Shown: positions 42,614 through 51,861 of the stretch, one piece after another
Numbering within the stretch: position 1 is the stretch's first letter
Layout of the letters: every line of letters starts with the position of its first letter
NCBI GenBank assembly: GCA_022823865.1
Contig: JAJEHF010000065.1
Location: forward strand, 72,304 to 136,303
Direction: 5' to 3'
DNA from: Bryobacterales bacterium
GTDB lineage: Bacteria > Acidobacteriota > Terriglobia > Bryobacterales > UBA6623
DNA: 64,000 nucleotides
Notes under the pieces: model-generated
Told to the model about the DNA's origin: nothing
What the model saw: the letters and a program-made list of their open reading frames with translations, nothing else
Databases searched by the model: none
Position numbers and translations under genes: made by a program

Positions 42614-43591
42614 GTGCCCCAGTTTCCGATGCGACTGTTGATCGTTGTCCTTGTGTCCCTGGCATGCGCTTCCGTTGCTTATGCGGACGTAGGGAGCGAA
42701 CTCCAGAGGATGCTCGCCAGCCATCCGGACGCTGATGCCAACGGAGACGGCGCTCTCTCCGAGGACGAAGCCGCACAGTACATCTTCAAGACGAGACAAC
42801 GCGGCCGCATGAACCGCGGGCCGGGCATCCGAAACCGCGCCCTGATCGACGCGTACGAAGCGCGCTCGCATGGGTCCATGCCGTACCGCCTCATGAAGCC
42901 CCTTCTCATCGAACCCGGGAAGCGCTATCCGCTGATAGTCAGTCTTCACGGCTCCGGCGGCGTCGGCGACGACAACCTGAGCAATCTGCGGTTCTGGAAT
43001 GGAGTCATGGCCCAGCCGGATTGGCGGCGGAAGTACCCGAGCTTCGTCCTGGTTCCACAACGAAGGCCCGGAGGAATCTGGGGGCCGAAACCCGACGTGC
43101 CCGGAACCGAGGATCTGTTTGTCCGCGACGATTTGACCGGGGCCTTCGAGATCATCGAGCTGCTTCGACAGGAATTCCCGATCGATTCAGATCGCATCTA
43201 CGCGCTGGGCTCTTCAGGGGGCGGTGCGGGCACTTGGAATATCGTCTTCGCTCGACCAGACATGTTTGCAGCTGCGATTCCCGTATGCGGGCGCTTCAAT
43301 CCCGCCTACGCGCCCCGATTGGCGCAGCTGCCCGTCTGGGTGTTCCACGGCGATGCCGACCCGCTCATCTCGGTCGAGTTTTCGCGCAGCGCGTTCGCCG
43401 CCCTGCGTGAGGCTGGAGGGGATATCAAATACACCGAACTGCGGGGTGTCAAGCATTCGTCGTGGATCCAGGCCTTTACCTATGCCGGCGACGACGAGTC
43501 GAAGGGATACGTGACCCGGCTTGGAAACGCAAAATCCGATTCCACCTCCGACGTCTGGGAGTGGCTCTTTGCGCGCAGGAAGAACCAGTGA
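42614..43591 (+). CDS. Exported alpha/beta hydrolase with EF-hand-like motif
   Basis: DANGDGALSEDE, YPLIVSLHG, GSSGGG, WVFHGDAD; paralogue of 20878..21846; start GTG 42614 or ATG 42629. Confidence 0.82.
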   Translation: MPQFPMRLLIVVLVSLACASVAYADVGSELQRMLASHPDADANGDGALSEDEAAQYIFKTRQRGRMNRGPGIRNRALIDAYEARSHGSMPYRLMKPLLIEPGKRYPLIVSLHGSGGVGDDNLSNLRFWNGVMAQPDWRRKYPSFVLVPQRRPGGIWGPKPDVPGTEDLFVRDDLTGAFEIIELLRQEFPIDSDRIYALGSSGGGAGTWNIVFARPDMFAAAIPVCGRFNPAYAPRLAQLPVWVFHGDADPLISVEFSRSAFAALREAGGDIKYTELRGVKHSSWIQAFTYAGDDESKGYVTRLGNAKSDSTSDVWEWLFARRKNQ

Positions 43592-43634
43592 GCGCGCACG
43601 GGGCCTAGACGGACCTCCCGCCCCTTTCGGCGCT

Positions 43635-44858
43635 CTACCGAACCTCTTGGTAATCCGAACTAGCGGTCAGGTCGCCGCTGCGGACGTTCACAAACCACGC
43701 CGTTACGGCATCGGGAAGGTCTGCGGTCACTCGCCAAGTATCGCCGTCGCGAGAGAGGCTCGCGGGTGACTGGACCCACTTTCGGGAGCCTGTGAAACCC
43801 CCATCGCTTGTCCAGACGAGCGACGCGCTATCGAGCGGCTTGGCGGCCGTCATCTCGATGCGCACGCTGTCGTCGGAGAGGTCGGATTCCCCCTGGACCA
43901 GCCAGGGCTCGCCCGAGTAAACGACGCTGTCGGCAAAGGCGTAACTGTCCGGCGGAGTCCATCCCGCCCTGTGGCTATGGCCCATGCCAGGAATCAGAGA
44001 GACCATGCGCGGGCCCGGGGCGGAGCGATAGCTGGCGGCCTGGCTGTCTAGAGGAAAGGCTGCGTCGCCGGGCCACGAGAGCCACAGCACGGAAGTTCGC
44101 ACGCGATCCATGCGCACCATCGGATCCCAGACCTCGCGGTAGAGTCGGTTGCTGCCGAGGACCTCGCCCCAATGGTTGGCAGAGTCGAACAGGTGCCCGC
44201 ATCCATAGGTGGGAATCGCGAACGCGAAGCGCGCGTCGATACCGATGACAGTGCTGGTGATGACTCCGCCCCACGAGATTCCCATGAGCCCGACCTTGTC
44301 GGCATCAACTTGCGGCAACGACCGCAGCAGCGAATTCGCGAGCACCGTGTCCGCCACCGCGTGGTACATCCACTGATCCCTGAAGGGCTCGGAGGAGTCA
44401 GCGTAGATCCCGTCGCGCTTGGGACCGGCCCAAGCATGTCGCTTCCAAGACCGCCTGGCACCTGCGGGGACCTGCTCGGCCTCGTCCGTCTGGCCCTCAA
44501 CGGCAATCGAGATAGCGGCATAACCGCGTGCAGTCCATTTCTCGACCCATTCCCGAAAGGCCGTGCCACCTCCTCCATGGACAAGCACGATGGCGGGAAC
44601 CTTGCCATCGCGATCCTCCGGCAGTCCCAACCAAGCAAAGACTCGGGTCGCTCTGCCCTTCCATTGCAGCCCTTCGAAGTAAATCGCCTCGATGCCGCCG
44701 TCGCTGGCGAAGCCTTCAGCTGGGAATCGGGCAGGCGGCGCCGTAAGGTTGCCGAGCTCGAGCACCAGCCGGCGCTCTTCGGAGAAGTCGCCCGCAGCGG
44801 CGAGAGAGGCCGCCGGGATCAGCAATGCGGCCAAGAACCGGAGAGGCGTGAGTCGCAT
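43635..44858 (-). CDS. Exported acetylxylan-esterase-like alpha/beta hydrolase
   Basis: VFAWLGLP, VLVHGGGG, VGLMGISWGG, YGCG, GMGHSH; TAATG coupling to upstream gene. Confidence 0.82.
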   Translation of the reverse strand: MRLTPLRFLAALLIPAASLAAAGDFSEERRLVLELGNLTAPPARFPAEGFASDGGIEAIYFEGLQWKGRATRVFAWLGLPEDRDGKVPAIVLVHGGGGTAFREWVEKWTARGYAAISIAVEGQTDEAEQVPAGARRSWKRHAWAGPKRDGIYADSSEPFRDQWMYHAVADTVLANSLLRSLPQVDADKVGLMGISWGGVITSTVIGIDARFAFAIPTYGCGHLFDSANHWGEVLGSNRLYREVWDPMVRMDRVRTSVLWLSWPGDAAFPLDSQAASYRSAPGPRMVSLIPGMGHSHRAGWTPPDSYAFADSVVYSGEPWLVQGESDLSDDSVRIEMTAAKPLDSASLVWTSDGGFTGSRKWVQSPASLSRDGDTWRVTADLPDAVTAWFVNVRSGDLTASSDYQEVR

Positions 44859-45726
44859 TAACCGGATTCTCGCAAGAGCCAGCGCACGGCGTTTTGCTGC
44901 AGCTTCACGTATTCGGGATTCCACAGCACGGTCAGCAGGTGTCCCGGAGACATGTAGCAGACCCGGCCGTCGCCGTAGTCGTAGGCCCATCCCCAGGAGC
45001 CGTCGGGCCCATCCCCCGGTAGTCCAAGCTCTCCGGGTTTACTGTTTCGAGGAAGACGTGCGCAGGATCCTTGTCGTACTCCATGTAGTGCTGCTCGCCA
45101 GTGACGATGAAGTCACTGACACCCTGCGTTATCGCGTGAGTCGGATCGCGAACGCGAACGCTATAGGTCCGAATCGGAGGGTGCCCGGCGTATGCAGCTC
45201 CCAGCACGTGCCGAAAGTCCGGGTCGGTGAGGCCGACGTGGGTGGTGTTATGGAGAAACAGTGCCGCGCCGCCACTGTCGACAAACTCTCGCACCGCCCG
45301 GCCCTGCTCCGGCTTCATCCAGAAAGCCGGTTTCGCTTCCGTAACCGGCACGGGTGGCTCGGAGATCAGTTCCGGACTGCCCGTGGCGAGCCAGCCAGCA
45401 TTCGTGCGCTCGTTCGGATAGCCGTCCGGCCATACCATGCCATCGCGCAGAATCACCAGTAGCTTGTAGCCCGCGAGAGTCTCGGCAGTGAGCCGTTTCG
45501 TCTCGTCGCAAAATTCGATGGTGATCCCGAGCGGCTCGGCTAGAGTCTTGCTCAAACCCGTCCGGATGTAGTCGGAGTTGTGGTTGCGATCCCCAATCAA
45601 GGCAAATGCATCGGCCTTCGGAGCCGGATCGTCCGCAGCCAGCTTGGGAGGTTCCTGCCTATTGCAGGACTGCAGCGCCAGGATCGTCGCGAACACTCCG
45701 AGAAGCATGTACCGCGAGTCGGCCAT
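44858..45726 (-). pseudogene. ThuA-domain lipoprotein with 1-nt frameshift (pseudogene or sequence error)
   Basis: Adding one G in the run at 44991-44994 gives GWAYDYGDGRVCYMSPGH..NAVRWL, ending at a TAA that overlaps the next ATG. Confidence 0.78.
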
Positions 45727-46023
45727 CGGCCGGAAGTGTACCGCACCCGGGCGCCATGCGGAGGACGGGAATCAACTCGAACGCGCTCAAAAAGGTGCCG
45801 CGTATCTTCTCGTGCAGGGGGATGCAGGGAACCGGACGGAGGTACCCTGGCGCACTCCACTGCTCGGAGAGCGCGGGTGCGTGGAACGGAAGACGAAGAT
45901 CGAGTCGGTACCTGCGATTTGATTAGCCAAGGCGATGGCCGTGGCCTCACCTCCTACGGGTCACGAGAGCGTCGCGACACTCGTTCCAGAGTTCTCCGTC
46001 GGGCAGCTTCTACGTCTGTGCAG

Positions 46024-47214
46024 CTACTTCTCGTAATGCTTGTAGGGAATCAACTCGATCTCGTGCTCGCGAACGAAGCGTTGGAAGCGCTGCTGCTCGT
46101 CCCAGTCGGTCTTGTCGGCGTATTTGCTTTCCTGAATCGCCAGACGGTTGGGGTTTATGCGCTTGTGCGGCAGCTCGACTTGCGGTTCCGGCCCCAGCAA
46201 TCCGACTTCTTGCAAGAACTTGTCAACGCTGGCGGTGGTGTACTCGATGTGCGGAGAGTTGTTGTACCAGCTGTGGACTTCGCCCTTGTATACGTAGTCG
46301 TGCGTTAGCAGGCCCATCTCGCGCGATTTCGCGATCCACCGAATCTGCTGTGGATAGAACGCGTCCCGAGTGCCGAACATGATGATGTTCGGCGGCGACT
46401 CTTCGTCGAGTTGCTCGATTGCCGAAATCAGGTGATAGAGGTCTTCGAACTCGCGCGGGTCCCGCCCCATCATGGCCATCTCTTCCTCGATGTGCCGCGC
46501 GTTCAGAGGCTCGAAGAAATCGACGAAGGGATTGTAGAGGATCATTGCGGCCGGCTTGACCGACAAGTTGGGATCCTCGCCCTCGCCGATGAAGCCGGCG
46601 TCAGCGAACTGCCGGGTGTCCAGCGTGCTGATCACGGACGCCATCGCACCGCCCGCCGAGCCGCCTCCCACCGCGATCTTCTCAGCGTTGATGCCGAACT
46701 CTCGAACGCGGGACTTGAGCCAGCGCATCGCGCTGACTCCGTCCTCAATCGCAATGTGCGGCAAGGCGTCGTCGAGATCGGAGACGCGGTACTCCGGGCG
46801 GGCGCACACCATGCCGCGCTTCGTGAAGTAGTCACATTGCCGCAGGAACTGGTTCGCGCTGCCTTGCGTAAAGCCGCCCCCGTGCCACAGCACCAGAGCC
46901 GCGCGCTCGTCCGTCGGCGCCCAGCCCGGGGGGAAGTCGATATAGATCTTGAGATCGCGCGTCGGGGTTTCCTTGAAGACGAAGGTCTTCGTGTGACGGT
47001 TCTCGCCGCCGGGCCGATACTGCGCCTTGCGCAACCGCTCGCGCATCGGTTTGGCGTACTTGGTGTAGATCTCTTGAAGCCTCGCTTCCCGGTTCTCATC
47101 GCCAAGATTCCTGACCATCTCCCGCAACTGCATTCGGGTAACGGGTTGGGCCGCTGAAGCCAGCGCAGCGAGCAGCGCGATGGCAGCGGCGGTCGCGATC
47201 GGTTTGAGGTCCAT
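46024..47214 (-). CDS. Exported alpha/beta hydrolase (BD-FAE-like)
   Basis: WHGGGF, PEYR, KIAVGGGSAGG, LYNP, FGTRD, GEVHSW. Confidence 0.85.
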   Translation of the reverse strand: MDLKPIATAAAIALLAALASAAQPVTRMQLREMVRNLGDENREARLQEIYTKYAKPMRERLRKAQYRPGGENRHTKTFVFKETPTRDLKIYIDFPPGWAPTDERAALVLWHGGGFTQGSANQFLRQCDYFTKRGMVCARPEYRVSDLDDALPHIAIEDGVSAMRWLKSRVREFGINAEKIAVGGGSAGGAMASVISTLDTRQFADAGFIGEGEDPNLSVKPAAMILYNPFVDFFEPLNARHIEEEMAMMGRDPREFEDLYHLISAIEQLDEESPPNIIMFGTRDAFYPQQIRWIAKSREMGLLTHDYVYKGEVHSWYNNSPHIEYTTASVDKFLQEVGLLGPEPQVELPHKRINPNRLAIQESKYADKTDWDEQQRFQRFVREHEIELIPYKHYEK

Positions 47215-47560
47215 ACTTTCGCCCACTCCAAGGTCAGTCTGCCCGACTGGGGGATGCCGTGTCCACCGAGGCTGCGAAGTTGAAGTCGACTTGCCCAAGT
47301 GTCTCCACTGTGCGGCTTGGGGCGGACGAACCGTGGCTCAGCCCTTCCCAATCGGAGGGCGCTAATGGCCGGATTTCACGCGGGTTTCAAGACATATGGC
47401 CGCTAGACCTGCTCCCCAAGCTGTCACACCAGTTGGTCAGCACAGATGGGAGCCTGATGGACGGAAGGCACGTGGCATGGGCTAGACCTTGCGGCTGAAC
47501 CGTCCCTTGGGGATCAAGCGACCGTGTGTGTCCGACAACCGCGCAAGATAGGGGAACTAA

Positions 47561-48223
47561 TCATCTGACTACTGCTGCTGCCTCCGCGTCTCCGGCAACG
47601 AGAGCAACAGAGTTCGGGTCAGGACATTGCCAGATTCCAGCAATACCAATTGCAACAACAGCAATCCAGAACAACACCTGAGCAACAAACCGTCGAGAGT
47701 CCCTTACCTCATTCTTCTTCACCTTGTTCAGTTCGTTCCGGTTAGCCTCAAGGATTTCCACGCCATCCTTCAACTTTTTGAACATCTCAATGTACTCGTG
47801 AACCTGGGTAGCGGGGGACTTGCGATTGAGCCTGCCACGGGAGAGCTTGGCGGCCGCCTGCGCCCCAAGCTGTCGAATTTCTAGAACGCTTGGAATCGTA
47901 TCGCTCACTACGACATCCTTGTAATCTCGGTCAAACTGCTTCAACAGCCTGATGAGATACATGATGCCCGCCTCTGAAGCCTCGTACATCGCCCTGTGGC
48001 AATGATCCTCCACCTCTCCGAGTTCGTGGCGAAACTCGTCTCGATCTGAGATTACAAGGGCCTTCAGAAGATGATGGCCTGCGTACCGCAACTCGTTGAT
48101 CGCAGGGAACGGCAGTTCCCGTTCGCACAGTTCAACTTCTTTGATGAAGCTTTCTGCCTCCGCGAAGCGTTTCTGTAAGTCTTGGAATAAGTCGATGTCG
48201 CAATTATCCCTGTCCTGCGTCAT
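47561..48223 (-). CDS. Hypothetical helical protein with RxxxxH motif and C-terminal TM helix
   Basis: PAINELRYAGHH, HCHRAMYEA, FVAQVLFWIAVVAIGIAGIW; lower GC than flanks. Confidence 0.72.
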   Translation of the reverse strand: MTQDRDNCDIDLFQDLQKRFAEAESFIKEVELCERELPFPAINELRYAGHHLLKALVISDRDEFRHELGEVEDHCHRAMYEASEAGIMYLIRLLKQFDRDYKDVVVSDTIPSVLEIRQLGAQAAAKLSRGRLNRKSPATQVHEYIEMFKKLKDGVEILEANRNELNKVKKNEVRDSRRFVAQVLFWIAVVAIGIAGIWQCPDPNSVALVAGDAEAAAVVR

Positions 48224-48431
48224 CGACTTTGTAATCCTTCACCGCTTCACGGTTCCGGTCCATATCCTCTTCGGTGAGGTATCGACCCTGTTGCAGATTC
48301 ACATTGCCGGTCGCCGTCTTACTCACGACGTCCCTTGCGATTTCTCGCTTCGCTTGTTCGTGATCTCGAATCTCCGGATCGCTCACCGGCGATCGAAATG
48401 CGGTCCTGAACATTCTTGCCATCCGTCGCAT
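48204..48431 (-). CDS. Small hypothetical protein overlapping the downstream gene
   Basis: GGAGG SD at 48436-48440; TGNVNLQQGRYLT; 20-nt overlap. Confidence 0.62.
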   Translation of the reverse strand: MRRMARMFRTAFRSPVSDPEIRDHEQAKREIARDVVSKTATGNVNLQQGRYLTEEDMDRNREAVKDYKVDDAGQG

Positions 48432-48732
48432 GATCCCTCCTTGGGTTTTTCCTGAAGCTGCATCACCAGTCAGTTGTGTCCCAAAAGCTTGAAGCTCGGA
48501 TCGCACTGTGAATCATTGCTATCTCCTTCTTCACCGTAATGATTGCAATACCCATCGCAACCATCGTGTACATCGTAGCCACTATTAGCCACGCCTGTCA
48601 ATAACGAGGCACTCTTTTGACAGCAGGATTTTTTCAGTAAACTGTTGGAGGCAAATAGCTTATGGCTTGCGATTAGAACATATGGCGGAGACGCCGAGGA
48701 TCGCAGAGTTCGTAGCTCTAGGCCGACTAAGT

Positions 48733-48767
48733 TCAACGAATCTGTTGTCAACAAATCTGTTGCCAAC
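48733..48767. repeat. 15-bp tandem repeat of palindromic units
   Basis: TCAACGAATCTGTTG TCAACAAATCTGTTG CCAAC; each unit contains CAAC-N6-GTTG. Confidence 0.6.
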
Positions 48768-49029
48768 TTGTGCGTTTCAGACTGCACTTGCATGCTTCGG
48801 CGGGATCGGGACACATGAGATCCAGTCGACCATCGCGATGTGGTGTCTGCACCACGACAGGTTGGAGGGTGCAACGCCCCCAGAGCACCGCAGCCTGCGA
48901 GCTATCAGTTCTTGCGACCGACATAGTTTCGATCAATCAACCGGTTGGATGGAAAAGCCCGAATATGGACGCTTGTTCCACGCCGAATACTCCGACTGTG
49001 GCACTCAATGCCGAGCGTGCACAGGTGGA

Positions 49030-49545
49030 TCAAGGTTGCGATCCGGAGGGAGCAGATCCTTGTTTGAGGTAGCCGTAGTATCCAAGGTCTTTGCCCGTGA
49101 CGTGCTTGGTCGCCCAGATGATCTGTCCGACATGCCCCGCGAAGTGCGTCAGCACGTGAGTGATCGCGTGCAGCACGGTCACGTCATAGACCTGGATGCT
49201 GCGCGTCTCCATGAGGGAATCGGGCGGCAGGTCCGCCAACAAGGCGTCTGCCTCGGCCACCGTGCCGCTGAGCCGCTCGGCCAGCACTTCCGCCGGGAGC
49301 GCCTCGCGTGTCGCAAACTCCCAATCCCGGTCGCGGTTATCAGGCTGCCCGCCCACGCCGGCTAGGATCCACTGGCGCACGTTGCCGGACAGATGCAGGA
49401 CTAGGTTGCCGATCGAATTCTCGATCGCGTGATCGCGGTGCCAGATCTGCTCGGCAGACAATCTGCCGAGACAGTCGCACACGCGCTCAGAGCTTTGGCG
49501 AAGTTCCTTGCGCGCAACGCGCAGGAACTCCGCGCCAGTCTCCAT
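49030..49545 (-). CDS. DinB/DUF1572-family protein
   Basis: NSIGNLVLHLSGN, RDRDWEF, HFAGHVGQI. Confidence 0.88.
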   Translation of the reverse strand: METGAEFLRVARKELRQSSERVCDCLGRLSAEQIWHRDHAIENSIGNLVLHLSGNVRQWILAGVGGQPDNRDRDWEFATREALPAEVLAERLSGTVAEADALLADLPPDSLMETRSIQVYDVTVLHAITHVLTHFAGHVGQIIWATKHVTGKDLGYYGYLKQGSAPSGSQP

Positions 49546-49577
49546 GTTGGGTATTCCGGGCTACGGCTACCGACGGC

Positions 49578-49988
49578 TCAACGCAGCGGCGAGAAATCCG
49601 TGGCCTTGAGCCACTGGTTCTCGATTCCGGCAACCAGCCTGCCGTCCTTGCGCGACTCCGCAGCGGCGGCTTTCCAAGCTGGATCCGCAACAAAGGCTGC
49701 CCACGACTTCTTGGCCGCTTCGCGGCTGTCGTGCGCGAGGATGTAGACCAGAGTGTTGCCCTTCTCGTCACCCTCGGTGGGCGTCCAGTAGCCGATCAGG
49801 TCCATGCCGTGCTTGACGAACAGGTAGTTGGTGTGATCCCGGAAGCGCGCCATCAGGTCGGGCAGCTTGCCCTCCGCAGCGGTGTAGATGCGCATCTCGA
49901 AAACGCGCTCGCCCTCGCCTTCTTCGGCGATAGCCGCGAGCGGAGCGAGCAGCAGGAGCGGCAGCAGTGCCGCGAGGATCTTGGTCAT
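49578..49988 (-). CDS. NIPSNAP-family protein with signal peptide
   Basis: FEMRIY..GKL..RFRDHT..KHGM..GYW, W..F..DP.W, TDFSPL. Confidence 0.9.
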   Translation of the reverse strand: MTKILAALLPLLLLAPLAAIAEEGEGERVFEMRIYTAAEGKLPDLMARFRDHTNYLFVKHGMDLIGYWTPTEGDEKGNTLVYILAHDSREAAKKSWAAFVADPAWKAAAAESRKDGRLVAGIENQWLKATDFSPLR

Positions 49989-50017
49989 GAGGTTCTCCTT
50001 AAAGACAAACAGGTAGA

Positions 50018-51022
50018 TCAGTCGCCAGCGAGTTTGACGACTTGCTTTCCAATGTTAGCGCCGCCGAGCATGCCGATGAACGCATCTGCTGCATTCTCGA
50101 TGCCCTCGGCGACAGTTTCCCGGTACTTGAGCTTGCCGTCCGCTACCCACCCAGCCATCTCGGCCAGCGATTCGTCGTCGTGCTCCCGGAAATCGAACAC
50201 CAAAAAGCCCTCCGCGCGGATCCGCTTGGTGATGAAGTGCCACAGCAGACGCGGCCCGACCGGAGCGTCGACGGCGTTGTACTGGGAGATCTGGCCGCAG
50301 ATCGCCACCCGGGACCTGACGTTCAACTGCTGGAAGACCGCATCGGTGACGGGTCCGCCCACGTTGTCGAAGTAGACGTCAACGCCGTCGGGAGTCGCCG
50401 CGCGAAGAGCGTTGAAGAAGCCATCGCTCTTGTAGTCGACGGCAGCGTCGAATCCGAATTCCCCGGTCACCAAGGAGCACTTCTCCGGTCCACCGGCGAT
50501 CCCGACCGCGCGGCAACCATGGATGCGGGCGATCTGCCCAACCGCCGAGCCCACCGCGCCGGCGGCGCCGGACACACACACTGTCTCGCCGGACTTCACG
50601 CCGGCGACCTTGAGCAGTCCGTAGTAGGCGGTCAATCCAGGCATGCCTAGCACTCCCAGATACGCAGAAAGCGGTGCCGCGTTGGCGTCAACGACGCGTA
50701 GATGTTCCGCCGACGCAGTGGCGTATTCTCGCCAGCCGAGGGGTCCCGTTACGTACTCACCCGCAGCGATCTGGTCGCTGTTCGACTCGATCACCTGGCC
50801 CACGGATGCGCCGACCATTACCTGCCCGATCTCCACGGGAGCGGCATACGACTTGCGACCGCTGATGCGCCCGCGCATGTAAGGGTCGACAGACATGTAG
50901 TGGACCTTGACCAAGCACTCGCCCGCGCCGGGACTGGAGACAGGCGCCTCTTCAAGGCGGAAGTCAGACGGTTTCGGCACGCCCACGGGCCGTGCGGCGA
51001 GCACGATGGATCGGTTGGTCAT
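50018..51022 (-). CDS. NADP-dependent oxidoreductase (CurA/prostaglandin reductase-like MDR)
   Basis: SVDPYMRGR, LGMPGLTAY, SGAAGAVGS, YFDNVGG, CGQISQYN, NIGK. Confidence 0.92.
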   Translation of the reverse strand: MTNRSIVLAARPVGVPKPSDFRLEEAPVSSPGAGECLVKVHYMSVDPYMRGRISGRKSYAAPVEIGQVMVGASVGQVIESNSDQIAAGEYVTGPLGWREYATASAEHLRVVDANAAPLSAYLGVLGMPGLTAYYGLLKVAGVKSGETVCVSGAAGAVGSAVGQIARIHGCRAVGIAGGPEKCSLVTGEFGFDAAVDYKSDGFFNALRAATPDGVDVYFDNVGGPVTDAVFQQLNVRSRVAICGQISQYNAVDAPVGPRLLWHFITKRIRAEGFLVFDFREHDDESLAEMAGWVADGKLKYRETVAEGIENAADAFIGMLGGANIGKQVVKLAGD

Positions 51023-51077
51023 TGGAAAACGGAGAGTTTAGCAAGCCGCAGGTTAGCGGCCTTGCCGCAATGTCGCG

Positions 51078-51746
51078 CTAGAAGCGCCGCGATCCGAGGC
51101 GCCTCACGTCGAACTCGGCGGTGTGGGCCACGGCCATGACGGCCATCACGCCCGCTTGGACGGGGTCGGTAACGACCAGATCGGCGGCGTCAGGAACCGA
51201 GCCTGCCATGTTCAGCGAGATGACCAACAGACCCTTGGCCTGAACGGCGCGTACGGAGCGCTCGATCTCCCCGCCCATCAGGGCACCCGCCAGCACGACT
51301 GCCTCGACCCGCGGCAGGCGGGCGGTCGCCAGCACCGCCTCGGCGATCTGGCGCTCGCCGACCAAGGGAATCGTGTCCACGGAGATGCGCTCGCCGCGCA
51401 AATTGTGGCGGTCCGCTTCGGATACGGCACCCGCGACTACCTGGCCCACTTGCGAGCCGCCGCCGATGATCACGATGCGCTTGCCAAAGACGTGATGGTG
51501 GGTGTGATTGGTTTCAACCGAACGCACCCCGCCCAGCACGGCCAGAGCATCGACAATGTCGGCCGCCGGCCGCGAAGTCGCGATTTCGATCGCGATGGTC
51601 TCGACGGGCGCTTGGGCATCGAGGATGGAGATCCATGTGATGCGCGCGTCCAAGGCGGCCACTGCCTCGGCTATGAGGCGTAGTGCCGCACCATCGCCCT
51701 CCACCTCGATGGCAAGGGCCAATACGTTGTCTGCGTCGGTCCGCAT
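51078..51746 (-). CDS. ACT + DUF5612 domain protein (archaeal EhbQ/AF1403-like)
   Basis: FGKRIVIIGGGSQV..SEADRHNLRGERISVDTIPLVGE..LAGALMGG..SLNMAGSV..DPVQAGVMAVM. Confidence 0.8.
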   Translation of the reverse strand: MRTDADNVLALAIEVEGDGAALRLIAEAVAALDARITWISILDAQAPVETIAIEIATSRPAADIVDALAVLGGVRSVETNHTHHHVFGKRIVIIGGGSQVGQVVAGAVSEADRHNLRGERISVDTIPLVGERQIAEAVLATARLPRVEAVVLAGALMGGEIERSVRAVQAKGLLVISLNMAGSVPDAADLVVTDPVQAGVMAVMAVAHTAEFDVRRLGSRRF

Positions 51747-51861
51747 ACCGGGTCCCCTACCCTGACTTTCAGAATTACACAGTCACGCCAGCGGGCGATG
51801 TAGCCGCCACGGGAAGTGGCGCAACTGGACAAATGCTGCTATGCCATGATGGGCACCAGAG

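Noticed and set aside
44859-44872. Leaderless -10 (GAGAAT) for the esterase at 44858
   Set aside because: Lies in the true 3' end of the frameshifted ThuA gene; TAATG coupling explains the start
47404-47435. IS3-like terminal repeat TAGACCTGCTCCCCAAG
   Set aside because: No partner repeat or transposase nearby
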